Part shown: positions 13,232 to 26,202 of the stretch, in pieces
Layout: each line of letters opens with the position of its first letter
Position numbering within the stretch: position 1 is the first letter of the stretch
Assembly (NCBI RefSeq): GCF_963921235.1
Contig: NC_086097.1
Location: forward strand, 197,906,001-197,970,000
Source of the DNA: Mobula hypostoma
Taxonomy: Eukaryota
Direction: 5' to 3'
Length of the DNA stretch: 64,000 bases
Made by a program: the position numbers and the translations under genes
The notes under the pieces: generated by a model
Told to the model about the DNA's origin: nothing
Databases searched by the model: none
Seen by the model: only the letters and a program-made list of their open reading frames with translations

Positions 13232-15200
13232 ACATAGAGTCATAGAACACTACAGCACAGAAATAGGCCCTCTGGCCTATCTGTTCTGTGCTGAATCATC
13301 AGTCTGCCTCGTCCCATTGACCTGCACCCGGACCATAGACCTCCATGCCCCTCTCATCCATATACTCATCTAAATTTATCTTAAATGTTGAAATCAAACC
13401 TGCATCCACCATTTGCGCTGACAACTCATTCCACACTCTCACCACCCTCTGAGTGAAGAAGGCCCCCTTATGTTCCCCTTTTCTCCTTTCACACTAAACC
13501 ATGACCTCTAATTGTAATCTCAGCCAACCTCAGTGGAAAAAGCCTGCTTGCATTTACCCTATCTATACCCCTCATAATTTTGTATACCTCTATCAAATCT
13601 TCCCTCATCATGCTCCAGGGAATAGAGTCTCAACATATTCAACCTTTCCCTACTCAGGTCCTCAAGTCCCAGCAACATCCTTGTAAACTTTATCTGCCAG
13701 CTGTCAATCTTATTTATGTCTTTCCTGTAGGTAGGGGCTAAAACTGTACACAATACTCCAAAATAAGCCTCAATTTCTACATAACATCCTAACTCCTGTA
13801 CTCAATACATTGATTTTTGATGGCCAATGTGTAAAAAGCTTTCTTTATGACGTTATTTTCCTATGATGCCACTTTTAAGGAATTACAGATCTGTATTCCC
13901 AGATGCTTCTCTTCTACCAACTCCTCAATGCCCTACTGCTCAGCATGTAACACCTACCCTACTTGCCCTCCCAAAGTGCAACATCTCACATTATCTGCAT
14001 TAAATTCTATCTGCCATTTTTCAGCTCATTTTTCCAGCTGATTGAGATCCCACTGCAATTTTTGATAATCTTCCTCGCTGTCCACTACATCCCCAATCCT
14101 AGTGTCATCTGCACATTTGCTGATCTAGTTCACCACTATTAGACATATTGTGGATATAGATGATAAATAGCAGACCCAGCACCAATCCCTGTGGCAGACC
14201 ACTCGTCACAGGCCACCAGTCAAAGAGACAACCATCTACTACCACTCTCTGGCTTCTTCCTTGAAGCCAATATCTAATTCCATTTATTACTTCATCTTGA
14301 ATGCCAAGTGACTGAACCTTCTTGACCAACCTCCCATGTCGAACCTCATCAAAGGTTTTGCTAAAGTCCATATAGGCATCATTAACTGCCTTGCCTTCAT
14401 CAACTTTCCTGATAACTTTCTCAAAAAACTCTGAGATTGGTTAGATACGACTTATTAAGCACAAAGCCATGTTGACTATTCCTTATCAATCCCTGTCTGT
14501 CCAAATTCTCATAAATCTAGTCCCTTAAAGTACCTTCAAATAACTTTCCCACTACAACTGTCAGGCTCACTAGCATATAATTTCCTGGCTTAGTCTTAGA
14601 ACCTTTCTTAAACAACTGAACAACATGAGATATCCTCCATTTCTTCAGCATCTCACCCATGGTTAAGTCTGATTTAAACATCTCTGTTAGGGCCTCTGCA
14701 ATCCTGGATTCACCTTCCACAGGGTCTGAGGGAACACATGGTCAGGCCCTGGGGATTTATCCAACCTAATTTGCCTCAAGACAGCGAACACTTCCTCCTC
14801 TGTAATCTGTGTAGGGTCCATGACTTCACTGCTGCATTTCTTCATATCTATAGACTCGGTGTCTGCCTCTCAAGTAAATGCAAATGGAAATAATTCATTT
14901 AAGATCTTCCCCGTCTCTTTTGGATCCGTGCATAGCATATCACTCTGATCTTCCAGATCACCAGTTTTGTCCCTTTGCTTTTATACAATTCTCGTACCAA
15001 AGATTGGCCTTTCTCCTATTTAGAATCTCAACCTGAGGACCAGACCTATCCTTTTCCATAATAACCTGGAGACTAATGTCCTTATGAAAGTGTTCCCCTA
15101 CAAAAACTTTTGTAATCTACCTAAACTCATTCCCAAATAGGAAATCTAGTATCACACTCTCTCTAGTTGTTACTTCTATGATTATCTTTCCAAAACACAT
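13232..15200 (-). mobile_element. CR1 LINE, decayed ORF2
   Basis: MDFSKTFD..HGRLVKKV, VTSGLPQGLVLG, LFKKGSKTKPGNY; (TTCTATGA)-like tail at ~13232-13247. Confidence 0.9.
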
Positions 15201-15360
15201 TTCTTAAAACATTGCACCTTTTACCTATAACCCATGACCTCTAATTATAGTTGCACCTAACCTCAGTTGAAAAAGCCTGTTTGCATTTACCCATAAGACC
15301 ATTAGATAAAGGAGCAGAGTTAGGGCATTTGTTCCATTGAGTCTGCTCTACCATTTGATC

Positions 15361-15965
15361 ATAGAACATAGAGCATAGAACAGAGAATAGTACAGCACAG
15401 TAGAGGCCCTTCGGCCCACAATGTTGTGCCGACCCTTAAACCCTACCTCCCATATAACCTCCACCTTAAATTCCTCCATATACCTGTCTAGCAGTCTCTT
15501 AAATTTCACTAGTGTATCTGCCTCCACCACTGACTCAGGCAGTGCATTCCACGCACCAACCACTCTCTGAGTAAAAAACCTTCCTCTAATATCCCCCTTG
15601 AACTTCCCACCCCTTACCTTAAAGCCATGTCCTCTTGTACTGAGCAGTGGTGCCCTGGGGAAGAGGCGCTAGCTATCCACTCTATCTATTCCTCTTATTA
15701 TCTTGTACACCTCTATCATGTCTCCTCTCATCCTCCTTCTCTCCAAAGAGTAAAGCCCTAGCTCCCTTAATCTCTGCACTCTCCAAAGAGTAAAGCCCTA
15801 GCTCCCTTAATCTCTGATCATAATGCATACTCTTTAAACCAGGCAGCATCCTGGTAAATCTCCTCTGTACCCTCTCCAATGCTTCCACATCCTTCCTATA
15901 GTGAGGCGACCAGAACTGGACACAGTACTCCAAGTGTGGCCTAACCAGAGTTTTATAGAGCTGCA
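15361..15965 (-). mobile_element. Young CR1 3' fragment inserted into another CR1 tail (15294-16030)
   Basis: LYKTLVRPHLEYCVQFWSPHYRKDVEALERVQRRFTRM; (TTCTATG)n tail; ATCAT on both flanks. Confidence 0.9.
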
Positions 15966-16279
15966 TCATGGCTGATTCATTTTTACCACTTTGCCCCAAT
16001 CTCCTCCCTTCTCCCCATATCCCTTCATGTAACATAGAAACATAGAAAACTTACAGCACCATACAGGCCCTTCGGTCCACAATACTGTGCCGAGCATGTG
16101 CTTACTTTAGAAATGACCTAGGGTTACGCATAGCCCCTCTATTTTTCTGAGCTCCATGAACCTATCCAAGAGTCTTTTAAAAGACCCTGTTGTATCCACC
16201 TCCATCACCGTTGCCGGCAGCCCATTCCATGCATTCACCACTCTCTGCGTAAAAAACTTACCCCTAACATCTCCCCTGT

Positions 16280-16587
16280 TTTGGTGGTTAAGGTGTCAGT
16301 CTAGTGATCTGAAGGATGCTAGTTCGAGCCTTGGCTGAGGCAGCGTGTTGTGTCCTTGAGCAAGGCACCTAACCACACATTGCTCTGTGACGACACCGGT
16401 GCCAAGCTGTATCGGCCCTAGTGCCCTTCCCTTGGACAACATCGGTGGCGTGGAGAGGGGAGACTTGCAGCAAGGGCAACTGCTGGTCTTCCATACAACC
16501 TTGCCCAGGTCTGCGCCCTGGAAACCTTCCAAGGTGCAAATCCATGGTCTCACGGGACTAACGGATGCCTATGAATGAATGAATGAC
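16280..16587 (+). mobile_element. tRNA-derived SINE, type B (RTE-like 3' body and tail)
   Basis: B box AGTTCGAGCC, GTGTCCTTGAGCAAGGCACCTAACC motif, (ATGA)n tail, perfect 12-bp TSD CATCTCCCCTGT at 16268-16279 and 16588-16599. Confidence 0.92.
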
Positions 16588-17063
16588 CATCTCCCCTGTA
16601 CCTACTTCCAAGCACTTTAAAACTGTGCCCTCATGTTAGCCATTTCAGCCCTGGGGAAAAACCTCTGATTATCAACACGATTACTGCCTTTCATCACCTT
16701 ATACACCTCTATCACGTCACCTCTCATCCTCTGTTGCTCCAAGGAGATAAGGCCAAGTTCACTCAACCTATTCTTGTAAGGCATGTTCCCCAATCCAGGC
16801 AACATCCTTGTAAATCTCCCCTGCACCTTTCTATAGTTTCCACATCTTTCCTGTAGTGAGGTGACCAGAACTGAGCATAAGTGGGGTCTGACCAGGGTCC
16901 TATATAGCTGTAACATTACCTCTCTGTGCTTGAACTCAATCCCACAGTTGATGAAGGCCAATGCACTGTGTCCTGTAGACTTGGACCCCAAGATCCCTCT
17001 GATCCTCCACACTGCCAAGAGTCTTCCCACTAGTACTATATTCTGCCATCATATTTGATCTTA

Positions 17064-17899
17064 TGTTACGTACCCCATAACTGGGTTGCCAAACCAGCAG
17101 AAATGGAACGCTCGTTGGAGTCTGTGATTACTCGGAACTAATAAAGTTTTATTAAAGGAATAAGTAATACAGTACTCTAACCATAAGGATATAAATGTAA
17201 CAGGTTAGCAATGATAATACACGCATATACACAGAACTAGGGTAATAGGAATCAACCAAGCTCTATCGCAGTCTAGGGGTAAAATGATCAGTCTTAAGTG
17301 AAGCAGAGTTCAGTTCAGTTTAGTGCAGTTCAAAGTAATCGCTGTCATTGTACCTTGGAGAGAGAGAGAGAAAGAGAGTGAGAGATGCAGTTGGTTTCAG
17401 GCAGACCTTTTGATGTCTTCGCAGTTGGCTTCGGGCAGACCTTTTGATGTCTTCTAATCCCGCTGTGGTCACCGACTGTGACCCCTCCGTTCCGGATACG
17501 ATCGTTCTTCCGCGTTGAACCCGGCACCCAGGCAAGGGTGGATACACACCCCAGGTTCCCACCAATCGTACCTTTACACCCTGTAAGCCTCTGATCGGTT
17601 CCCGCGAACCGGTCCTCCACACTCCCACCAGCTTGTGGGGGCACACTGCTCTTTCCAGGGTCTTGTGGCATGTCGTGCCTTAGCAAACCTGCTCTTTTTA
17701 TCCCCCTTCTGGGGTATCACCTGTCCATCAAACTTCAAACAGTTCAGGTTCAAAGCAACCGGTCTGTCAATATCTGAATTGTGTTTCTTTCTCGTTAATC
17801 TCTCTCTTCTCTCTTATTAGCATTTTGAATGTTTCTCCATTGTTTTCCATTACCTCTCTCACTAGCATCATCCGTCCGGTAGCTCTGCTTGGCGTCACA
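17064..17899. mobile_element. Solo-LTR-like insertion (836 bp) of a family different from the 26203/44849 LTRs
   Basis: TGTTACG...CGTCACA termini (6/7 inverted), CpG-rich, interrupts the CR1 at atatttga|ctaccagaatg; internal 34-bp tandem duplication 17387-17454; no clean TSD. Confidence 0.65.
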
Positions 17900-20490
17900 C
17901 ATGGCGCTACCAGAATGAACCACCTCACACTTATCTGGGTCTAACTCCGTCTGCCACTTCTCAGCCAAGTTTTGCATCCTAAGGGTGTCCCGCTATAACC
18001 TCTGATACTATCTGTAACACCCCCAACCTTTGTGTCAACAGCAAATTTACTAACCCATCCCTGCACTTCCTCATTCAGGTCATTTATGAAAATCACGAAG
18101 AGTAGGGGGTCCCAGAACAGATCCCTGAGACACACCACTGATCACCGACCTCCATGCAGAATATGACCCGACTATAACCACACTTTGCTTGTTGGCAAGC
18201 CAATTCTGGATCCACAAAGCAAGATCCCCTTGGATCCCATGCTTCCTTACTTTCTCAATAAGCTTTGCATAGGGTACCTTGTCAAATGCCTTGCTGAAAT
18301 CCATATACACTACATCTACTGATCTACCTTCATCAATGTGTTTAGTTACATCCTCAAAAAATTCAACCAGGCTTGTAAGGCATGACCTACCTTTGACAAA
18401 GCCTGACTATTCCTGATCATATTAAGCCTCCCAAAATGTTTGTAAATCCTGCTTCTCAGAATCTTCTCCATCAACTTACCAGCCACTGAAGTAAGACTCA
18501 CTGGTCTATAATTCCCTGGGCTATCTCTACTCCCTTTCTTGAATAATGGAACAGCATCTGCAATCTTCCAGTCCTCCAGAACCTCCCCATCCACATGATG
18601 ATGCAAAGATCATTGTTAGAGACTCAGCAATCTCCTCCCTCGCCTCCCATAGTAGCCCTGGGTACATCTCGTCTGGTCCCAACTTGATGCTTCCCAAAAG
18701 CGCCAGCACATCTTCTTTCTTAATACCTATATGCTCAACCTTTTCAGTCTGCTGTAAGTCATCCCTACAATCACCAAGTTCTTTTTCCATCGTGCATACT
18801 GAAGCAAAGTATTCATTAAGTACCTCCACTACTTCCTCCGGTTCCATACACACTTTTCCACTGTCATACTTGATTGGTCCTATTTTCTCACATCTTAAAA
18901 CTATATAACCATATAACAATTACAGCACGGAAACAGGCCATCTCGGTCCTTCTAGTCCGAGCCGAATGCTTACTCTCATCTTGTCCCACCGACCTGCACT
19001 CAGCCCATAACCCTCCATTCCTTTCCTGTCCATATAGCTATCCAATTTTACTTTAAATTAAAATTATCCCCTTGCTCTTCACATACTTGTAGAATGCCTT
19101 GCGGTTTTCCTTAATCCTGCTCTCCAAGTCCTTCTCATGGTCCCTTCTGGCTCTCCTAATTTCATTCTTAAACTCATTCCTACTAGCCTTATAATCTTCT
19201 AGATCTCTGTCATTACCTAGATTTTTGAACCTTTCGTAAGCTTTTCTTCTTAACTAACTTTTCAACAGCCTTTGTACACCATGGCTCCTGTACCCTACCA
19301 TCCTTTCCCTGTCTCATTGGAACGTATCTGTGCAGAATGCCATGCAAATATCCCCCAAACATTTGCCACATTTCTGCCATACATTTCCCTGAGAACATCT
19401 GCTCCCAATTTATACTTCCAAGTTCCTTTTGATAGCTTGATGTTTCCCCTTACCCCAATTAAACGCTTTCCTAACTTGTCTGTTCCTATCCCTCTCCAAT
19501 GCTATGGTAAAGGAGATAGAATTGTGATCACTATCTCCAAAATGCTCTCCCACTGACAGACCTGACACCTGACCAGGTTCATTTCCTAATGCCAAATCAA
19601 GTACAGCATCTGTTCTTGTAGGTTTATTTACATATTATGTCAGAGAATCTTCCTGAACAAATTCCATGCCATCTATAGGGAGATGCCAATCAATATTGGT
19701 GGAAATTAAAATCTCCTATCATGACAACCCTGTTATTATTACACCATTCCAGAATCTATCTCCCTCTCTGCTCCTCGATGTCCCTGTTATTGACCCCTTC
19801 CTGTTTTTAACTTCTTCCCACAGAGACTCAGGAGACAATCACTCCATGACTTTCTCCTTTTCTGCCGCTGTGACACAATTTCTGGTCAGCAGTGTCATGC
19901 CCCCACCTCTTTTGCCCCCCTCCTTGTCCTTTCTGAAACATCTAATAATGTCCTGACCAATCAAGGATATATTAACTTCTGCCTTAAATATACATAAAGA
20001 CTTGGTCTCCACAGCTGCCTGTGGCAACAAATTCCACAGATTCAGCACTCTCTGACTAAAGAAATTCCTCGTCATTCCTGTTCTAAAAGGATGCTCCTCT
20101 ATTCTGAGACTATGCACTCTGGTCCCAGACTCTCAGACTGTATGAAAATCCTGTCCACATCCACTCTATCTAGGCCTTTCAATATTCAATAGGTTTCAGT
20201 GAGATCCCCCTCATCTTCTGAATTCCAGTGAGTAGAGGCCCAGGGCTGTCAATTAGCCTGCTATAGGTTGAGTCATTATCGAGCCTAATGGCCGAGGGTA
20301 GGAAAGACCTCATATAGCGCTCTTTGGAGCAGTCCAGTTGTCTTAGTCTATTACTAGAAGTGTTCCCCTGTTCAACCATGGTGGCAAGCATACCCTATCA
20401 TTCCTGTAAACCACCTCTGAACCCTCTTCAATGTCAGCACATCGTTTTTAGATACAGGGCCCAGAACTGCTCACGATACTCCAATTGAGG

Positions 20491-21552
20491 CCTCACCCGG
20501 AAGACCACAATTTGTGCGGATTGTTGATAACATCTCCTCCTCGCTGACGATCAACACTGGTGCACCTCAGGGGTGTGTGCTTAGCCCACTGCTCTACTCT
20601 CTATATACCATGACTGTGTGACTAGACATAGCTCAAACACCATCTGTAAATTTGCTGATGATACAACCATTGTTGGTAGAATCTCAGATGGTGTCGAGAG
20701 GGCGTACAGGAGCAAGATATGCCAACTAGTGGAGTGGTGTTGCAGCAACAACCTGGCACTCAACATCAGTAAGATGAAAGAGCTGATTGTGGACTTCTGG
20801 AAGGGTATGATGAAAGAACACATACTAATCCTCATAGAGGGATCAAAAGTGGAGAGAGTGAGCAGTTTCAAGTTCCTGGGTGTCAAGATCTCTGAGGATC
20901 TAACCTGGTCCCAACATATTGATGCAGTTATAAAGAAGGCAAGACAGCAGCTATACTTCATTTGGAATCTGAAGAGATTTGTTATGTCAACAAATACACT
21001 CAAAAGCTTCTATAGATGTACCATGGAGAGTATTCTGACACGTTGCATCACTGTCTGGTGTGGGGGGGTGGGGTTGTGAGGCTACTGCACAGGACCAAAA
21101 GAAGCTACAGAGGGTTGTAAATTTAGTCAGCTCCATCTTGGGTACTAGCCTACAAAGTTCATCTTTGAGGAGTGGTGTCTCAGGAAGGCAGCATCCATTG
21201 TTAAGGACTTCCAGCACCCAGGATGTGCCCTTTTCTCATTGTTACCATCAGGTGGAAGGTATAGAAGCCTGAAGGCACACACTCAGTGATTCAGGAACAG
21301 CTTCTTCCCCTCTGCCATCTGATTCCTAAATAGACTTTGAACCCTTGGACACTACCTCACTTTTTTAATATATATTATTTCTGATGTTTGCATGATTTTT
21401 AATCTATTAAATATACATATACTGTAGTATTTATTTTTTATTATAACTTTATTTTGTTTTTTTCCTTCTATATTTTGTATTGCATGGAACTGTTGCTGCT
21501 AAGTTAACAAATTTCACAACACATGCCAGTGATTATAAGCCTGATTCTGATT
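20491..21552 (+). mobile_element. Rex1/Babar LINE 3' ~1 kb inserted in the CR1
   Basis: TGAPQGCVLSP, KFADDTTIVG, SFKFLGVKISEDLTWS; (CTGATT)n tail; CCTCACC microhomology with the host at the 5' junction. Confidence 0.9.
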
Positions 21553-22174
21553 TTAAGCAGTGCTTTATAAAGCCTCAACATTATGTCCTTGTTTTTCTAT
21601 TCTTGCCCTCTTGAAATAAATGCCAAAATCGCATTTGCCTTCCTCACCACAGACTCAACCTGCAAATTAACCTTAGGGGGGTCCTGCAGAAGAACTCCAA
21701 GGTCACCTTGCACCTCAGATTTTTGAATTTTTAGAAAATAGTCTACCCTTTTATTTCTTCTACCAAAGGGCATGGCCATACACTTCCAACAGTGTATTCT
21801 ATCTGCTGCTTTTTTGTCCCTTCTCCTAATGTGTCAGTACTTTTGTAGCCTCTCTACTTTGTCAAAATGACCTGATCCTCCACCTATTTTTGCATCATCT
21901 GCAAACTTTGCAACAAAACCATCAGTTTTGTCATCCAAGTCATACACATATTACATAAAAAGAAGCATTTCCAATACAGACCACTGTAGAACACCACTAG
22001 TCACCAATAGCCAACCAGAAAAGGCTCCCTTTATTTCCACTCTTTGCTTCTTGCCAACCAGCCACTGCTTTATCCATACTGGGATGTTCCTGTAACACCA
22101 TGGGCTGTCAGCTTCTTAAGCAGCCTCCTGTGTGACACCTTGTCAAAAGCCTTCCAAGAATCCAAGCACACAAA

Positions 22175-23018
22175 ATCTAACCTGCTAACTAAATTTGCCG
22201 ACGATTCTACATTGTTTGGCCTAATCACAAACAATAATGAGGTGGCCTATGGGGAAGAAGTCATCTCTGACATAGTGGTGTCAAGAAAACAACCTCTCCC
22301 TCAATGCCACAAAAACGAAGGAGCTGGTTGTGGATTACAGGAGGAATGGAGACAGGCTAACCCCTATTGACATCAGTGGATGTGGGGTTGAGAGGTTAAA
22401 CAGCTTTAAGTTCCTCGGCATCCACATCACCGAGGACCTCACATGGTCTGTGCACACCAACTGTGTGGTGAAAAAGGCACAACAGTGCTTCTTTCACTTC
22501 AGACGTTTGAGGAAGTTTGGTATGGGCCTCCAAATCCTTTCTACAGGTACGCAATTGAGAACATGCTGACTGGCTGCATTGCTGCCTGGTATGGGAACTG
22601 TACCTCCCTTAATTGTAGGATTCTGCAGAGAGTGGTGTGGACAGCCCAGCGCATCTGTAATTGTGAACTTCCCATGATTCAGGACATTTACAAAGACTGG
22701 TGTGTAAAAAGGGCTTGTAGGATCATTGGGGACCCAAGTCACCTTAACCACAATCTATTCCAGCTGCTACCATCCGGGAAACGGTTTTTGCAGCATAAAA
22801 GCCAGGGCCGGCAGGTTCTGGGACAGCTTCTTTCACCAGGCCATCAGACTGAATAACTCACACTGATTTGAGTGTATTTCTGTGTTACATTGACTGTTCT
22901 ATTTATTATAAATTATTATAAATTACTATGATTGCACATTTAGACGGAGATGTAACACAAAGATTTTTACTCCTCATGTATGTGAAGGATGTAAGAAATA
23001 AAGTCAATTCAATTCAAT
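22175..23018 (+). mobile_element. Rex1/Babar LINE (another subfamily) 3' portion inserted in the CR1
   Basis: KFADDSTLFGLI, SFKFLGIHITEDLTWS, HNLFQLLPSGKR; aataaagt(caatt)n tail. Confidence 0.9.
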
Positions 23019-24382
23019 TACCCTTTATCGATCCTGCTTGTTATTTTTTCAAGGAATTCCAACAGATCCTTCAGACAAGATTTCCCCTTGAGAAAATCAT
23101 GCTGACTATGGCTTATTTTTATCATGTGCCTCCAAGTACCCCAAACCACATCGTTAACAATTGACTCCAACATCTTCCCAACCACTGAGGTCAGACTAAC
23201 TTGCCTACAATTTCCTTTCTTCTGTCTCTCTTCCCTTTTGAAGAATGGAGTGATATTTGCAATTTTCCAGTCTTTCAGAACCATGACAGAATCTATTGAT
23301 TCTTGAAAGAGTGGAGACACATTTGCAATTTTTCATTCTTCCAGAACCATTCCAAAATCTAGTGATTCCTGAAAGATCATTACTAATGTCTCCACAATCT
23401 CTTACAGTCACCTTTTACAGAAGCTTGAGGTGTACACTATCTGGTCCAGGTGACTTATCTATCTTCTGACCTTTCAGCTTCCCAGGAACCTTCTCCCTAG
23501 TAATAGCAATTGCACTCATTTCTGAGCATGACACTCTGGAAATTCCATCATACTGCTAGAGTCTTCCACGGTAAAGGCAGATGCAAAATAGTTATTCAGT
23601 TCATCTGCCATGTCCTTGACCCCCATTACTATCTCTCCAGCATCATTTTCCAGTGGTTCGATATGTACTCTCGCCTCTTACACTTTATGTATCTGAAGAA
23701 ACTTTTGGTATTCTCATTAATATTATTGGCTAACTTACTTTCATATTCTGTTTTTACTTTCTTAGTGTCTTTTTTAGTTGCCTTCTGTTGGTACTTAAAT
23801 GCATACTAATCCTTTAACTACTGATTAATTTTTGGTCTACTATATGCCCTCTCTTCTGCTTTTATGTTGGCCTTGACTTTCCTCCTTAGACACAGACATT
23901 AAGCAGGCATTGTCTGCTTAATTCATGCTGACACAACTGTATTTCTATGTTATATTGACCATCCTGTTGTACATACTAGTTATTATAAATTACTATAATT
24001 GCGCATTTGAATGGGAATGTAACATAAAGATGTTTACCCCCATGTATTTGAAGTATGTAACTAATAAAGTCAATTGAATTCAGTTGTGTCATCTTGCCTT
24101 TACAATACTCGTTCCTCTTTGTGATCTATATATTCTGTTTCTTCTGATTTGCCTCCTGAAATTTCAACCATTGCTGCTCTGCCATCATCCCTGCTAGTGT
24201 TATTTTCCAATCAGTTCTGGCCAACCCCTCTCTCTTGTCTCTTATTCCCTTACTGATGCATCTGACAGTTTCTCTTTCTCAAATTTCATGGTGAATTTGA
24301 TTGTATTATGATCACTTGCTCCAAAGGGTTATTTGACCTTAAGCTGCCTCATCAATTCTGGACTATTGAACAACACCCAATC

Positions 24383-24921
24383 TGTGTACAGTTCCGGTCA
24401 CCGAATTATAGGAAAGATATTAACAAAATAGAGAGTACAGAGGAGATTTACCAGAATGTTACCTGGGTTCCAGCAGCTAAGTTACAGAGAAAGGTTGAAC
24501 AAGTTAGGTCTTTATTCTTTGGCGCATAGAAGATTGAGGGGGAACCTGATAGAGGTATTTAAAATTATGAAGGGGATAGATAGAGTTGACGTGGATAGGC
24601 TTTTTCCATTGAGAGTAGGGGAGATTCAAACAAGAGGACATGAGTTGAGAGTTAAGGAGCAAAAGTTTAGGGGTAACACAAGGGGGAACTTCTTTACTCA
24701 GAGAGTGGTAGCTGTGTGGAACGAGCTTCCAGTAGAAGTGGTAGAGGCAGGTTTGATTTTGTCATTAAAAAAAAAATTGGATAGGTATATGCACAGGAAA
24801 GGAATGGAGGGTTATAGGCTGAGTGCAGGTAGATGGGACTAGGTGAGAGTAAGCGTTCAGCACAGACTAGAAGGGCCGAGATGGCTTGTTTCTGTGCTGT
24901 AATTGTTATATGGTTATATGG
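24383..24921 (+). mobile_element. Young CR1 3' fragment inserted in the older CR1
   Basis: Open ORF 24456-24842 MLPG..YRERLNKLGLYSL..NFFTQRVVAVWNELP..GRWD; (TTATATGG)2 tail. Confidence 0.9.
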
Positions 24922-26202
24922 AATAGCTGATCTCCTACTGGCTCAACCACAAGCTGCTCTGAAAAGCCATCTCATAGGCACTCTAGAAACTCCCCTTCTT
25001 GGGATCCAGCACCAATCTGATTTTCACAATCTACCTGCATATTGAAATCCTCCATGATTATGGTAACATTGTCCTTTTGGCATATATTTTCTATCACTTG
25101 TAATTTGTAGACCACTTCCTTACTTCTGTTTGGGGGTCTGTATAATTCCCATCAGGATTTTTTTTTATCCTTGCAGTTCCTTAGCTCTACCCACAACAAT
25201 TCGACCATATGTCACCTCTTTCTAATGATTTGATCTCATATTTTACCAACAGAGCCACACTACTCCCTTTGCCTACCTTTTAATACAATGTGTATCCTTG
25301 GATGTTCATCTCCCAGATATAATCTTTCAGCCATGATTCAGAAGTGCTTACAGCATCATATATGCCAATCTGTAACGCTGCTGCAATTTTCATCTATGTT
25401 ATTCCATGTACTATGCATCTTCAAATATAATACCTTTAGTCCTATATTCACCTTTTTCGATATTGTCCTCCTTTTATGTTGCAACTCATCCTATTGACAG
25501 GAACTTTGCCTCTCCTTGCTGAGAGTCTCGCTATATGCTGCCTTTTTTTAAAACCAGCTACCTTATCCTCAGCACTATCAGTCCGGTTTCCATCCCCTGC
25601 CAAATTAGTTTAAACCTTCCGAATAACTCCAGCAAACTTGCCCACAAGGATATTGGTCACCTGTCAAATCATCCTATTCTTACCTTCACTGGCACCTGGT
25701 AAAGGAAACAATCCAGAGATTACTACCCTGGAGGTCCTGTTTTTCAGTTTTCTGCCTAGTAGCTCCCTAAAATCTCTCTTCAGGACCTCCTCACTATGTC
25801 ATTGCAGCCAATATGCACCAAGACTTCTGGCTGCTCACTCTCCCTCTTGAGAATGCCATGAACTAGATCTAAGATGTCCCTGATCTTGGCTCCTGGGAGG
25901 CAATATACCATCCAGGTGTGTCTATCACACTCACAGAATCTTGTCTCTGTTCCTCTAGCTATGGAATCTCCTATCAACACTGCAGTCTTCTTCATCTCTC
26001 TGCTCTTCTGAGCCATGGCACCAGACTCAGTGCTAGATACCCAGTCACTGTGGCTCTCCCCTGATAGGTTGCCCACTCAACAATATCTGAAGTTGTATAC
26101 TTATTATTGAGGGTAATAGCCATATGCCAGTGATAATAAAATTGATTCTGATTCTGTACTCTGCACTGCCTTTCCCTCTCCTGATAGTCAGCCTGTTACC
26201 TG

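Larger units (their letters stand above)
16030..19940 (-). mobile_element. CR1 LINE ORF2 (endonuclease to tail), decayed, hosting a SINE, an LTR-like insert and a CR1 tail (~18897-19060)
   Basis: GEHFGDSDHNSISF, EDWKIADAVPLFKKG, MDFSKAFDKVP, SGVSQGSVLGP; aacatagaaacatagaa tail. Confidence 0.9.

Noticed and set aside
17387..17454. Short direct repeats (also 26705-26770 and 15739-15816) as a CRISPR-like array
   Set aside because: Only two adjacent units each, no unique spacers, no cas genes, and a eukaryotic TE context
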